From positions 963,006-1,027,005 of the forward strand of contig NMRA01000096.1 in the NCBI GenBank assembly GCA_002633005.1: a stretch of 64,000 bases of DNA, read 5' to 3'. The position numbers and the translations under genes are program-made. Positions 28,880 to 64,000 of this stretch are shown here, piece after piece. The notes beneath the pieces are model-generated. The model was not told the DNA's origin and made no database searches. It saw nothing but the letters and a program-made list of their open reading frames with translations. This DNA comes from Phoronis australis (lineage: Eukaryota; Animalia; Phoronida). Position 1 is the stretch's first letter. Each line of letters starts with the position of its first letter.

Positions 28880-31800
28880 ATCTCTTTCTAACGACTGAAT
28901 GGTTGTAGTAATCATTAAATAAGTAATCACTACATTGAACCCAACTCATAGAGGGGGTACGCCTCGTGTCAGCCAATTTCCTATAACTTCACCTGACCGG
29001 AATATTCACAACTAACGCTTTCCTGTTCTCTATTTCCCATTTCCTACCACTCAATTCACCAACTCTCAGGAGGCAACGTAGTCTCTTCAATTTGTTGCAG
29101 CTACTTTAAACTCCCGTTCTCCAGTGTTGTCAAGTTTAACTCCTAACCTGTCATTTAACGTGCTTTTGTTGTTGTTACTATCCCGTTGTAAACATGGTCA
29201 ATGTTGGTAGACAACACCTCAAGTACTGTTTTAACACATGGCTTGCTTTATGTAATGCGCTGGCTCGCGTTTTTTGTTGTCGTTTATTCTGTCAGCGACC
29301 GGTTAGCTGTTCAGCGTTAATGAGGCGCATAGTTCAAAGAATAGCTAACGGGTATTTGTAAATAGTGAACAAGCTTATTCTTTTCTTATGCATCCGCCAA
29401 GGTGTGTATAAAAGAAGTAAAGAAATAAAGAGAAAAGTTGCTTGAATACGTTCGTACCAGCCGTGGCTTCGATCTTAAGATTAGCTTGTTTTGTTAGCAC
29501 GAGAAATAAAGAATTTAATTAAAGAACTATTTGCGTACCATAATAACTTGCCAATAAGTGTGCAACAACGCTTCTGCAATTTGTTTGTTTATTTTTCACG
29601 CATGTCTGGAGCAATTCAATCACTAGTAAATCCAAGCTTCTCCTGGAGCGAGTTTGAATAAATATGAACGTTTTTATTAAAACTTTTTATCGTTACCTAA
29701 CTAGACCTGTTCAGTGCATTCATTATCATTTGCTAAAAATATGCAGTAACAAAGAATGCCCGTTTGTTATAGCTGAGTCTGGACGGCACCCAAGTAAAAA
29801 AACACGCCAAGTAAGATTGTCAAATGTAAGACGCGATTACAAATTTGTCTATTGTCAATCTCGGGTTCAACGACGGAAATTGCTGTAGGACTTAAGTTAA
29901 CGATGTGCTTACTTCTATGTGTATGGCGAAGCCTTAGGATTTAAAAACACATCTATTGTAGGCTCAGTTTTCTGTTATTACTTGTAATTCCAATTGTTTG
30001 TCTATGTCTTCATTTATCTGTTTCTTCACTTGTGTTACTTATGTGTGGAGGGCCCTTTTGGAATATCAGTATCTCAAAATAACAGGTGTTACAAATATCA
30101 CACAAATGACTAACAAATAAATTTGAAAAATTGAACCAAATCTATTATGACACTTGTTTAATTTTCTGAGCTTAAATTTTGTCAACTGGTTAACTGAGTT
30201 TAGACAACGTAAATGTACGATGCGGTAAAATAAAGATATTAAATGAAGTCCCATGCAGCGGCCTCTTTGAAAAGCATTGTTTTGGGCTGGAATCCCTTGT
30301 TGTTGTTTATTAATACACGATAAAAGAATACACCGAGTTGAATGAGATTCTCCCAACAGGAAGAATCACCGTGGATAATTCGATTTATTCCAGTTTCAAA
30401 ATTGCGATTATTTAATTAGCGCTGCGTGAGTCATGACCCGAAAATACATTGTGATAAAAAAGAACTGACCGTGATAGAGTGCAATGCTGACAAGGATCTA
30501 CATTGAAAGTTTTTAAATATATTTCTATTATCACAGTAAAACTTAAAACTGTAAATTTTAGTGATGTTCTCAACTACAAAGTTTAAGCGAACAATTACAC
30601 TATAAAGACATACAGATGATTCATTATAGTGCAAGATACATAATTCATATCGCCAGGGCCACTTAAGTTGGTGTACGACATCAACATCTTTACTACAGAT
30701 AAGAGCAGTACTGATATCACATGGATTCTCAGGCTGGATAGGCCACAGAAGTTACTCGACAGAAAACAAAGCAATTTGACAGAAACATATCTGAAATCTT
30801 TTGCTGTGCTAACATAAAAGCGAATCCAAAGTGAATAGTTATTCAATTAAGAGACAACTTAGTAAACTAAGAGATAACAAGACCAATTTGAAAACCATGT
30901 CATTCCTGGCACTAACACTGGGTCTGAGTGATTTTTGAGCGATGACAGGCAGACCAGTAGACCAAAACAAATCCAAACAAATGAACAATTATGACAAATT
31001 ACAATATTGTGGTAATGCACAAGTTTGATGAAAATGCAGAAGAACCTGACCTATATATGACTTTACGTCCGAATAACCAAGGACTGCGCTTGAGTTGTTC
31101 ACGTTTCATATAGAGTGGAGTATTTTTATTTTTCTTCAACAAGATTTTCAAATGTCGCATGTAAATTATTAGTTGTTTTTGTTCTCATTATTCATAAGTT
31201 GATAAAGTGTTTATCAGTTGAAATTTTAACCTTTCTGTTTAGTCCATTCAGTGAATTTTATTTTATTAGTGAATTGAACTTTTTCCCATAACCAAATTGT
31301 TTTCTCTTTAGAAATGTCAGAATTTAGCTTTTTTCAGAGAAATGTAGCTTTTCTGATTTTAGGCGTGTTCCCTGCAACAGAATATAAAATAAAAGAGTAG
31401 GAAACAACCAGATGACCACCGGGGACTGATACTTTTAAGGCCAGTGGATACTTTGATTTGACGTTCTAAGAATCAAACAAAAGTGCGATTTTATAGCTGA
31501 TCAAGACTTAGTGAGAGAGGATATGATTCTTTGGGAGTTTGCCACCATTTCCTGTCATCATAGCGTGGACCTCATTTTGTATTACTTTTTTGCCATCATC
31601 TGATCCTCTCCTCTGTGTGTGATAAGATCTCCTTGAGAAACAATTAAGTTTCACGTACAGATAGGCAAACTGTTGTTTACAGCTATATTTACTTTTGGTT
31701 GTCTTCAATTCATTAAGTACAGAAAATAAATCAAATACCCTGGATGATTTAGAACAGGCACTAACGAAACACAAATGAATTACCAATTAGTGATTGCATA

Positions 31801-32112
31801 CCCAGTTAATGTTAAGTAAACTTAATTGAAGAGTATTTATTTATAGGTACGTTGTACGGCAACTGCTCTACAGTTTCGCACAGATTTAAATAATTATACT
31901 TTCAAGAACTTGGGCATGCGAAATATGAAGAAAATCTCGTAAAGCAACTGAAGCTCGCGTTTTATACATTCGTCAACAACTTTTATTGCAATTTCTAAAT
32001 ACTCAAATCGCATTCGTATCAAGCAGCATTTGCTAATTGTGTTCACACTATCGTATTTATCTCTTAGTCTCTTTGGCACTACATCTCAGCAATAAGTATA
32101 GGCAAAACAACG

Positions 32113-32154
32113 GATGGCACGGCGTGCATGGCACGGCGTGGATGGCACGGCGTA
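32113..32154. repeat. 14-bp tandem repeat x3 (SATGGCACGGCGTR) downstream of the ABCC stop codon
   Basis: GATGGCACGGCGTG CATGGCACGGCGTG GATGGCACGGCGTA. Confidence 0.85.
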
Positions 32155-32318
32155 GATATGTTGCTGGGACTAGAAGCCTAATGACATCAACGTAGGTCCT
32201 CGTGATAACTCCTCGCTCTTGAAGTATAACCCTTGTCATTCTGAAAGGTTCTGTGTGCCAGATAGCTATCTGAACTCTTAGGCGCTCGTGACCCATGTGT
32301 ATAGCTGTCAACAGACAA

Positions 32319-55250
<22,932 letters not shown>

Positions 55251-58092
55251 AGCTTCCGTCTGAAACTAAGCAAAACAATCATGAAACAAGAGGCATGGCC
55301 TTCTAACATCCTTGTTTAACAAGGTTTGAGTCGGATGCAATAGCGCGCGTGTAATATATTTGTCGGTTTTTTATCAATCTAGAAACAATTATCAAAACAG
55401 GCGCACAAATAATGACGAGAGTTCGTAACAGTACATAAGTTTTGCACATGTGTTGCTAGCTCTGAAAGTAACCCGGATTAAACTTAACTTGGCTACATTT
55501 TTTGAAAATATCCGTGGTACGTTTTGAGAGGAACATCCAATCTTTGTTTTATGTTGAGCAATTCCCTTTCGAAAACTATAGAAATCATCCTACAATGAAG
55601 TTCTTGGTCACATTGCAAATCGTGAATTGATGAATTTGTCCCTAGGTATTCTGAAGTCCAGGCGTGTGTTCCATAGACGCGAGAACCTCTGGAAAACTCG
55701 ACATCAAGCAAGACTTCGCTGGATATCGCCATGTAATACAAGCGAAGCACGTGATCACCTAACTTCCTTCGCGAAATTCTTGAATCTACGGAACTCGACC
55801 CTTGGGTCAGCAGCTGAGTGAATAACTTTCCTGGCTCGAAAATTTTTATTTCTCAATTTTCACGGCTTGCTACCAATAATGGAAAATTTGCCAAGTGTTA
55901 GCAAGAATTATTCAGTTTACATACACATCATAGTGATCGTATGAAGATTAATAATTCTTGCTTATACGACAACATGGCGCTGATTCAAACGACAGTTTGC
56001 CAATTGTTACATCGTGACATCTACACGATGGAAATTAAGTCATAATGGAATAAAAATATTTCTGTTTATGAGAAATATTACAAAATATATTTTCGCTTCA
56101 CTGTCATACTGAGTGCTCGATAGATGAAAAATTATGGTACCTGTCATGATACAACCACTTGCCTTACCTGTGATAGTCACGACTGTATTAGCTGTGCATC
56201 AGCGTGTGACAAAATGGTTGCAGCCGCCGATCTTTTCATCATCGGCATTTATAACCGAACTCTTGGGCCAAGTGCTTTTAGAGATGTAGTAAACTTCGAA
56301 GTTCAAGATGTCTGTGCAGAATTTGCGCAGTCATTGTGTCAACGTGATTGACCTTCCTATAAATATGTCCCATAAACATGTTTGTATTGTTTGTTGAAAT
56401 TAAATAAAGGACCATTAAAACAACCATTCGAGACAACTGGAATGGATTTCAACTTGAACGTTTTCTATCAGGTGTCAAAGACGTGCCCTATGTCATATGA
56501 CTTTTCATTTCAAATTTACTTCATTAAATGTCTAAGCATGATTGCTATGATCGGACAATATTTGATTTCAGAATCTTACAAAAAATACCATGGCAGCGGA
56601 ATTTGTAGAACATGTGAAATTTTTTATGTAATCTTAATGTCGTAATTACAAACAATTCAATGTTTGCGCGTCAAGTGAATGTAAACAACTTGCGTGACAT
56701 TGATAAGCGAACCTATCGTAAATAACTCATAGATAAATCTTAGATTTTTAAAAACTATTTTACTAACGCCAACGACACGCTGAAAATAAGTGAAACTTAT
56801 TTCCCCGTGATCAAAGCAGCTGACAGGCAGTGTGATTGCGAATATTTCCGATAAATATGCGCGGCATGTGGAGAAAAAAGTGGTTATCAAACAATTCCGA
56901 CAACGATGAGGAGCACAGCAAAGCATTGGGTGTTGGTTTAAACCTGTTGTTGTTTTGTGATTTATATTTTTACAATTAGTGCCCTCTTCAGTCTATTTAC
57001 TTGAACACATCTTCACTTTTCGTGTTATCTCTGGTATTTATTCCCAACGCCAACTCGATTTTACGCTATGTCATCTCCAAACTCTACTCTTAAATTACTT
57101 TCCAAATATTCTTTTGAACTTAGGATATGCCCATATCCTTATGTGGTCTAGTATAGTTTACCCAAACAAATGTTATTTCCCACTTCATAAGTTCAAGACA
57201 GTGAACTCGAAATCTCGAGTGTGGACTGTGGTTTGCAGCTCGTTTTTAGGGCCGAGGGTGGGTGAAATAAAGGGGACTACATACCTCTCAGATTGGAGAC
57301 TTTGTTACGACCCGTTACTTAACAAAAGGATTGCATTTTTCGGCCCAAATCCTACTTTAAGACTTTGACACAATTACCTTCGCGAAAACTTCTTTCAACT
57401 GGGTCCTTTTCCTATTCCACATTCTGAAAGGGCGTATATCAAAAATATGGCCAAGTACTTCCCATCGGGTTCTACAAAGATCACAATGACCAGCAAACTT
57501 GGAAATAAGAGTGTGTGTAAACCATCGTTGACGCTTACCTCTACTTCATACTCAAGAAGAGTAGAAAAGAAGTAACTTGGAGTTTGCAGACGGAGTTTGT
57601 GTTTGTTGCATGAAATAGTTCCAAATAGAGACTGCTCAAATAAGTTCCCAAAAAACTTTTGTGTATTTGTTTCGTTCTTTACTCACAGATGTAATATTTT
57701 TCTATTATTCATCTTTATTATTAGTTCTTAGCACGAATGATATTTTCTAGAAATATAACTAAAAACTGAGCCCTTAAGTCAGTCAAAAATAACAAGGGGC
57801 GTAGTCCTTAAATTACAGGCTTTGCATAGAACGACCTATACATATTTCCAGTATTATAGAGAATTTAACATAGACTTCATTCACTATTTATATCAAAGTA
57901 AAAAGAAAGGACAATCAGTACCTTCACAAGTCCACAAATACGTGGTAGATGTAAGGAACTTAGTTGAGTCCTTGCTTGGGACTGTTTCATGCAACCGGGC
58001 AAAGGCCTTCCGTGATCTTCTGGCTATAGACTTCATCACCTCTACCGTAGAACTCGCTGCAGGTCTACAATTCTCTGCCTCCACACGCTAAT

Positions 58093-58216
58093 ATGTCCGA
58101 CACTTTCCTTCACAAAGACGGAGTTAAGTTCAGACCCTCTGTTCCGAACTTCACCCGTCGTTTTATGCGTGCAGAGCAGCATCACGACATGCGACTCAAA
58201 CAACCAAAAACGCGAG
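58093..58216 (+). CDS. Candidate first coding exon of an unidentified + strand gene
   Basis: ATG at 58093 opens MSDTFLHKDGVKFRPSVPNFTRRFMRAEQHHDMRLKQPKTR and ends at a perfect donor GAG|GTAAGT. No homology recognised. Confidence 0.3.
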
Positions 58217-60968
58217 GTAAGTAAAGCAAAAAAAAAAACAGTAGCATTGTCAGGAATCGAAATATGAAGGAACTTCAAGACCACTATTTGTGAATTATAC
58301 AAAAGCGATATTATTTCTGGTTGTGTAACGATAACATGTCAGTACAAACGGAATTCAATAAATAGTTTTTCTTCTGAAGATCGTTAATATTTAAGCGTTA
58401 TTGATGGAGAGGGGTTGTTGTGTGCATCAGACTGTCAGGAGTATGATTTTATGACTGTGTACAAGTGTACATGTCTAACAGGAATGATTGTCAGTCAAAG
58501 TGCAAGAGCTGTCTGTCGTCAAATAACACCGATTTATGCGATTTTGGGGGTGCAGTTATAACTCGTAAACCGTGACAGCCCACAACTGGCATGAACTAGA
58601 ATCCACCACGTTCGAAAATTCCAAAATATATTCCTGTCCAAACGGGCAGGAATAAATTCTGAATTTTTTTTTTGGGGGGAGAGTCTCTAAACTCCGTGTC
58701 GTCTTCCATCAAGAGAACATACAGTCATCGAGAATTTCCTAAAAAATCTACATTGTGAATTTCGGATTTGAAAAATTCATGCAACTTAACAACCAGTAGT
58801 TAACTCATATCATTAAACTAGGCGTGATGTGTGCGCCTCTGTAGTATTGTTGTTCGGTGTGATGGCCTAATATTAAGGCCCTGAAGGATATTCTCTAGTG
58901 GTAACCCGACCTACGAGGACTCTGATTTACATGTTTATGTAGTTATTAAATCGACTAATGCGGACGGGTTTTTAGTATAATAATTAACGGAGCCAGTTTT
59001 GTAAGGAATGCGTCGGCGAACTTTCATGCAATGTACAATATACGAAGTTACGTAATCTAAATAGTCTCTTCCTTTACAAGCTGTCAACAGTCACCCACGT
59101 GTATGTGGCGTTTTTTTAAACTGTTCCCGTCAAATTTTGAGGGCCCCTCGTGGCTTCTCTGACTTATTACCCTTGCCCAACTGAGGCTGACCGGCCCAAA
59201 GCTCTGGAACTTTTGTTTTTTGTTACGCCATTTTTGATATTTTTTCCTTCACCGACGGCCGCCTTAACTGCCACGGACCCCGGAGTTGTGAGCCCTCATG
59301 TTCACCGCCTCTCGACGCCCCGTTGCTATGCTTCCAATTTGGTTTGCAACGTGTTTTTATCCAAACAACTTCGCACATTCGTAGTGAAAACCACGATTCA
59401 GACCGGTGAGCACTTAAGAACAGACTGTATTGATAGAATCGAGATAATTAATTCGGATCTTGAGGTAATTAAGTCGGAATCTCGATGTCCCGGTATAATT
59501 AAAACATAAACGCTGGATGTCATATTTGGGCCACCGTAAACTCCCGCACGTGACTAATGTATTGTTTTTAGAGTTTGTGCCCCCCAGGTTAGCCGCAAGA
59601 GTTTGCCCTGTATATTTCCAGTTTTGCCCTTGGTCGAGTGTTGTAGTTATCAAATCAAGCCTACTCTCATTACTCCATTGTCATTTTGTCACTTTTTGTT
59701 CATCAAGCGAGAATGTTCAGGTGCGATTCTCGGCAAAATTGGTCAACAAGCCCGACAGTTACGTTGGTCACTGTTTATACCCACCTACTGTTGGTCCTAC
59801 CTGGAAGCCGGGAATAATATGGCCTCTGACAACTTTTCAGCTCTAGTCTTAGAACCACTTTCGACAACTTATCATACTTACTATATGCTAGTTTTTCAAT
59901 CTCATGTCACTGCATCCTAATTTTTTCTGAACAACTCTATCAAACGATACCCGGCCAAATGTCCAATTAATAAATTAAAATGTATCATGCGCGCACTAGC
60001 CTAAAAATGGGGTCTCGTATTTTTGAGAATGTGGACCTTTTATATTCGCCGAATTTTAGTAGTTCTGCCTTTTCAGTGGACTTTTGTCTCGATTTCTATT
60101 TTCCGGACTTTTTGTTTCTCCGAGGCGGACCCTTTTGTCTACTTCGCCAAATACTTCGCTCGAAGGAGTCCCACTGAGTGCGCGCATGTGTATAATTTTG
60201 AATGAATGCCCGACTACATTGTTCACAGCAGCCGTGAGTGACCCATAACATTAATAGTTGTCTTGATAGGTTAGAAATCTTTTGAATCATTAAAATGGTT
60301 TCCCTGCTGATTGAATTAGTCATTCATAAAATAGTTCATTTCCTTTTCATATTACACCGTTATTTTTGCATTTTGGTAACACTCTTAGGTTTTAGAATTA
60401 AAAATTATTTTTTAAAACTATCAGGTTTGCGAAATAATTATTCGTGAAGTAAAATGGTTATCGTTTCTATCTGTTATAATCGCATACCATCAAGAAGTGT
60501 TGAATGGCTTTCTCACCTAGAGCTATAAACCTAATGCAATTCGGTTAATAAGCGCCGAGTTGCGAAAAGTTTTAGCGACAACAACCAACACCGAAACAAA
60601 CGAATACATACAAATGCCACGCATGCGCGGCGCAACCGTCGCAGCGCGAAATGGAAGTATCACTCAATGGAGAATTCGCCGGGTTGTTTTTATTTTGAGG
60701 TATGTTTTGGTTTCCTGATTTATACTGTAATCAAAATGGAATCCATAGATGCTAGTTTTGGCTTACTACTGCCGGGATTAATATTTTTCTCACTTTGCAG
60801 GGCCTAATTAATATGCCTTTAATCATTCAATGCAAGCATTGGGAAACTTTCAGAAAATTGCTTAATAATGGAATCAAAGTTAACAGAGTTCTGGATTTCA
60901 TTTTCCATACTCATGAGCGATAGACAATTTAAACGCATTGATACAAATCCATTGTTTGGAAATTTGGA

Positions 60969-61163
60969 ATGTCCACTTCGTTCAACCTCATGACCGAAAA
61001 CGTTCCGAGTCCAAAAAATAAAACAAAAGCCAACTGTAAAAAATGTTGGAAGTCTCAGTGTAAAATGGTTAGTCAGGAGCGTCTCACACAGAAACAACTA
61101 ACACTGGAGGAGTGGCATCCATTATCTAGGGTGCCAAGCGGAAGATCGCGACCCTTTTCCATA
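60969..61163 (+). CDS. Candidate first coding exon of an unidentified + strand gene continuing beyond the window
   Basis: Upstream donor GAG|GTATGT at ~60699, strong acceptor TTTTTCTCACTTTGCAG| at 60800, ATG at 60969, 65 codons (MSTSFNLMTENVPSPK...RSRPFSI), then donor |GTAAGT. NRF1-like ACGCATGCGC at ~60619. Confidence 0.4.
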
Positions 61164-61687
61164 GTAAGTGCATCATGCTCTAACAGCCTTGGAGCACACT
61201 AGTACATGGAACCTTAGGAAAGTCCCCAAAAAGCGCCTTTGCAATCCCTCCCCGCCGCCCGTCCACATCGGCGCTGCAAACAAATATATGTTAAGTGCAG
61301 ACGAACTCTATACGGGTTTATCGATTTCATTCGCCACCTGTTGGTGGTATCGGTGAGGCGGCTTTTACCGCCTCTTTTACCACGTGACAATATTATTCAA
61401 TAGTATTTTGCATATGTGTGAGACTGTTTGCGACTGACTGTAGGTGTAACGCGCCAATTGTTGGTTGATTCTTACTCCTGTGTTTATACCGATAGTTGAC
61501 CTCGTGAATTATTCCTCAAGTTTGTGTAAGTACATGTATATCGATTGTAGTTTTATTTTACCGTCACAAATTCAACGTTGTAATGCCTATCGCCATGTGT
61601 ATATATTTCAACAAATCACTATATATACCTTTTCGTAACATCGCAGACTCAAGCAGCTGATTTCTCATCAATGTGGTTTAATAAAAT

Positions 61688-61807
61688 CAGTAACGCTAGG
61701 ACCTCAATAAAAAGCAAGAAATGTTGACGTGTAGGCCTATTTTTAATGAGAGCACGTGACTTTGACTAGATTTTAACAAGGTCCAAGCATAGGTCCTAAC
61801 GTTACTG
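61688..61807. mobile_element. MITE family, copy 2
   Basis: CAGTAACGCTAGGACCT...CACGTGACTTTG-CTAGATTTTA...AGGTCCTAACGTTACTG is homologous to 39638-39777. Confidence 0.78.
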
Positions 61808-64000
61808 TCTTCCTAAGGTTGGTCTAATTTTAGACCCAACTTGCATTTCACAAAAGTGATTTAAAAGTGTGAAAGCCTGGTTCTGTTAGACCAGAACGCG
61901 GGTTTAGTAAAACCAGATTTAGGTCTAAAGTATCCAAGCCACCCCACTGTGTAGATCTGGATTTATCCAACGAAAAACAATTGAAGTGTTTCAATGAAAC
62001 CTTGATCACGTGGGTACACAATGGCACAAAGCAGTAGAATCAGTGCAGACATTTGCGAGAAAGGGCCAAAAGATTTTCTCACGAGAAAAGATGTTCCATC
62101 TCATAACTGGTTAGAGAAAAAGCCAATTAGGTCATAAGGAAGGTAGAGGAAAACTTGTGCCAAATCAAGTCAACATAAGCAGCAGGCTTGGAGAGATATT
62201 GGTTCAGACTGGCTGCATAGTTCCCACAATCGGAGAAATGCAGCGACAAACAATACAAGGGCACCACTCTGAAAAATGAAAGCCAGAAGGAAAAATTCAT
62301 AAGTGAAAAATTGCACAGAAAAACGGTTTGGGACCCAGTGGCAGATCTAGGATATCATTGTCTCATAGAGCGTTTTGAATATTTACAGTTGAGCCGAGCA
62401 ACTAACAAAGAAATAAGGTTTACCGTAACTCGAGCATGATCGCATTCCTTCATTGAGGGTTAACGTTTTTCGCGACAACACCATAAAAAGGTAAGCGATT
62501 TTACATTCACATAAAGTGGTCACTGTCCCAAAACACCCAGTCTTTCCATATGGTACATCGAGAGTTGAGGTTTTGAAACAATTTTGTTTTATTACGTTTA
62601 TTACGTTTTTGGCGTTCAACTCGAGCTACTCCAAACTAGAGAATCCTACACAAGTCTCAGGTTTATGACATGGGCAAAACATCTTTGAAATTTCGTCAGA
62701 ATTCCGAGGCTTGCCGCAATTAGTTTTCTCGATGGTCATTGTAGTCTTACGTGCTGTATTTGCTAATATTTTTTACTATGTATCGTCATTTTACCAACGC
62801 TGGGATTTCGAGAAAAGAAACCCGTTTCTTCGTTACGTATTATTCCCTGAGCATGAAATTTCCAACATCACTGTCTGATAGAGGTTTTTCAAATATTGTT
62901 TCCAAACATAGGCTAAAAGCAATGCCCATTTAGAAAATTTTCAAGAAAATTATGGAAAAGGCTCAATTCATTGCTCAAATTGCAAATGGATTGTTGAAGG
63001 TGAGAAGGAAACGATGTGGTAGCCTACTTTTGTGGCTTAGAAAAACGAAACTTAGTCAATTCAACAATAACTAAGGTGATAAATCCCTCTGAAACTTTAA
63101 NAAGCCTTCTGGTGAAACAAATCAAAAAGAAATTTTAAGTGAATTAAAAAGTTTCTTAACGAAAAAATATTTTTTTCTGGAGAAAATGCGTGTGAAATTG
63201 AGAATATCATTCATTGATGATTGTAGAAATTCAAAATATTCAAAAAATCAGCAACACTGATCGAGCAAGTTTAGATACTTTCATGTATATTAATCCACTA
63301 GAAATTGAAGTTACATTCAAGAAAATGAAAAATTACAAAAGTTAAGTAATTGATGGTTTTACTGTTTAATTCAACAAATACTTTTCGTAGTTGTTTAAAT
63401 CTTTAAAGTATAGTCTTGAATATGCTCTCCAAAATTCACATCTTCAGGGGGTAATTAATAAAAGTTCTGCCAAAACCCAGTAAGCCCAGAGAATTTTTTA
63501 ACAAATTCTCGACCCTTGTACTTGTTCAATTAAAATTTAAAGATTTTTCACCATTTTTAGCACCAAGAGTGACGAAATTTCTTGAAAAATTGATTCATTC
63601 AGATTTGTCGAGTTTTTATCTGGTCGAAGTATTGATGAAAACACCAGACAGAACTCTTTAGGCTATGTCAGTTTGCATTATATGGACTCGAGAAAACTTT
63701 CGAGTCTTGTAACAAGAATTGATTTTGGAGTATTTGATTCATCGTCCTTGAGTTTCGTGTTTAATGTTCTTAAAATGTTTGTCTTCGGGGATATTATTGG
63801 TGAAAAATCACAACTTTATGTCGTGCAAAATGTCATTGCCTCTGACGTTTTCAAGGTAATTATGAAGCAAAGGGAATCAGCTGTGGAACTCGAGAAGTAA
63901 AAATTCTACTTCGTGCCAATGAAACAACAGATGGTTCAGACAAATCTATCAAAAATGCACTGGATTTTCAGCACCAATTTGCTAAATATTCGGGTCACAT

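Noticed and set aside
28880-28930. ORF-track N-terminal extension MITYLMITTTIQSLERD of LRRC74A
   Set aside because: It begins at GTG and lies mostly within a predicted 5'UTR intron (28895-28992).
59150-59920. Overlapping 100-120 aa ORFs
   Set aside because: No recognisable homology or convincing splice sites; probably repeat-derived or random.
63101-63101. Second single N
   Set aside because: An assembly join with no flanking duplication visible, so not a biological feature.

Overview
Eukaryotic, AT-rich, intron-rich genomic DNA, most consistent with a bilaterian invertebrate; the taxon cannot be assigned from this window. I reconstructed four spliced genes by hand from splice sites and reading phase. 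(1) ALDH9A1-like aldehyde dehydrogenase on the - strand; its 5' five coding exons are present and the gene runs off the left edge. (2) Mitochondrial EF-G2/RRF2 (GFM2) on the + strand, head-to-head with ALDH9A1, 8 coding exons, ~785 aa. (3) LRRC74A-like LRR protein with a C-terminal EF-hand pair on the - strand, 13 coding exons, ~750 aa. (4) A short-type ABCC5/MRP5-like ABC transporter on the - strand, 26 coding exons, ~1606 aa. One or two candidate first exons of a further + strand gene lie at 58-61 kb. Introns hold many non-autonomous elements: two TTAA-flanked Kolobok-like copies, several MITEs, a tRNA-derived SINE family and a 5'-truncated LINE. The most unusual feature is in the ABCC transporter: one 819-nt exon inserts a ~240-aa Ser/Thr-rich mucin-like segment, with a furin-type RLRR site, into the first extracellular loop of TMD2. 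The apparent tandem exon duplication at 34.7-36.6 kb straddles a single N and is probably an assembly artefact. No rRNA, true tRNA, CRISPR array or prokaryotic system is seen.
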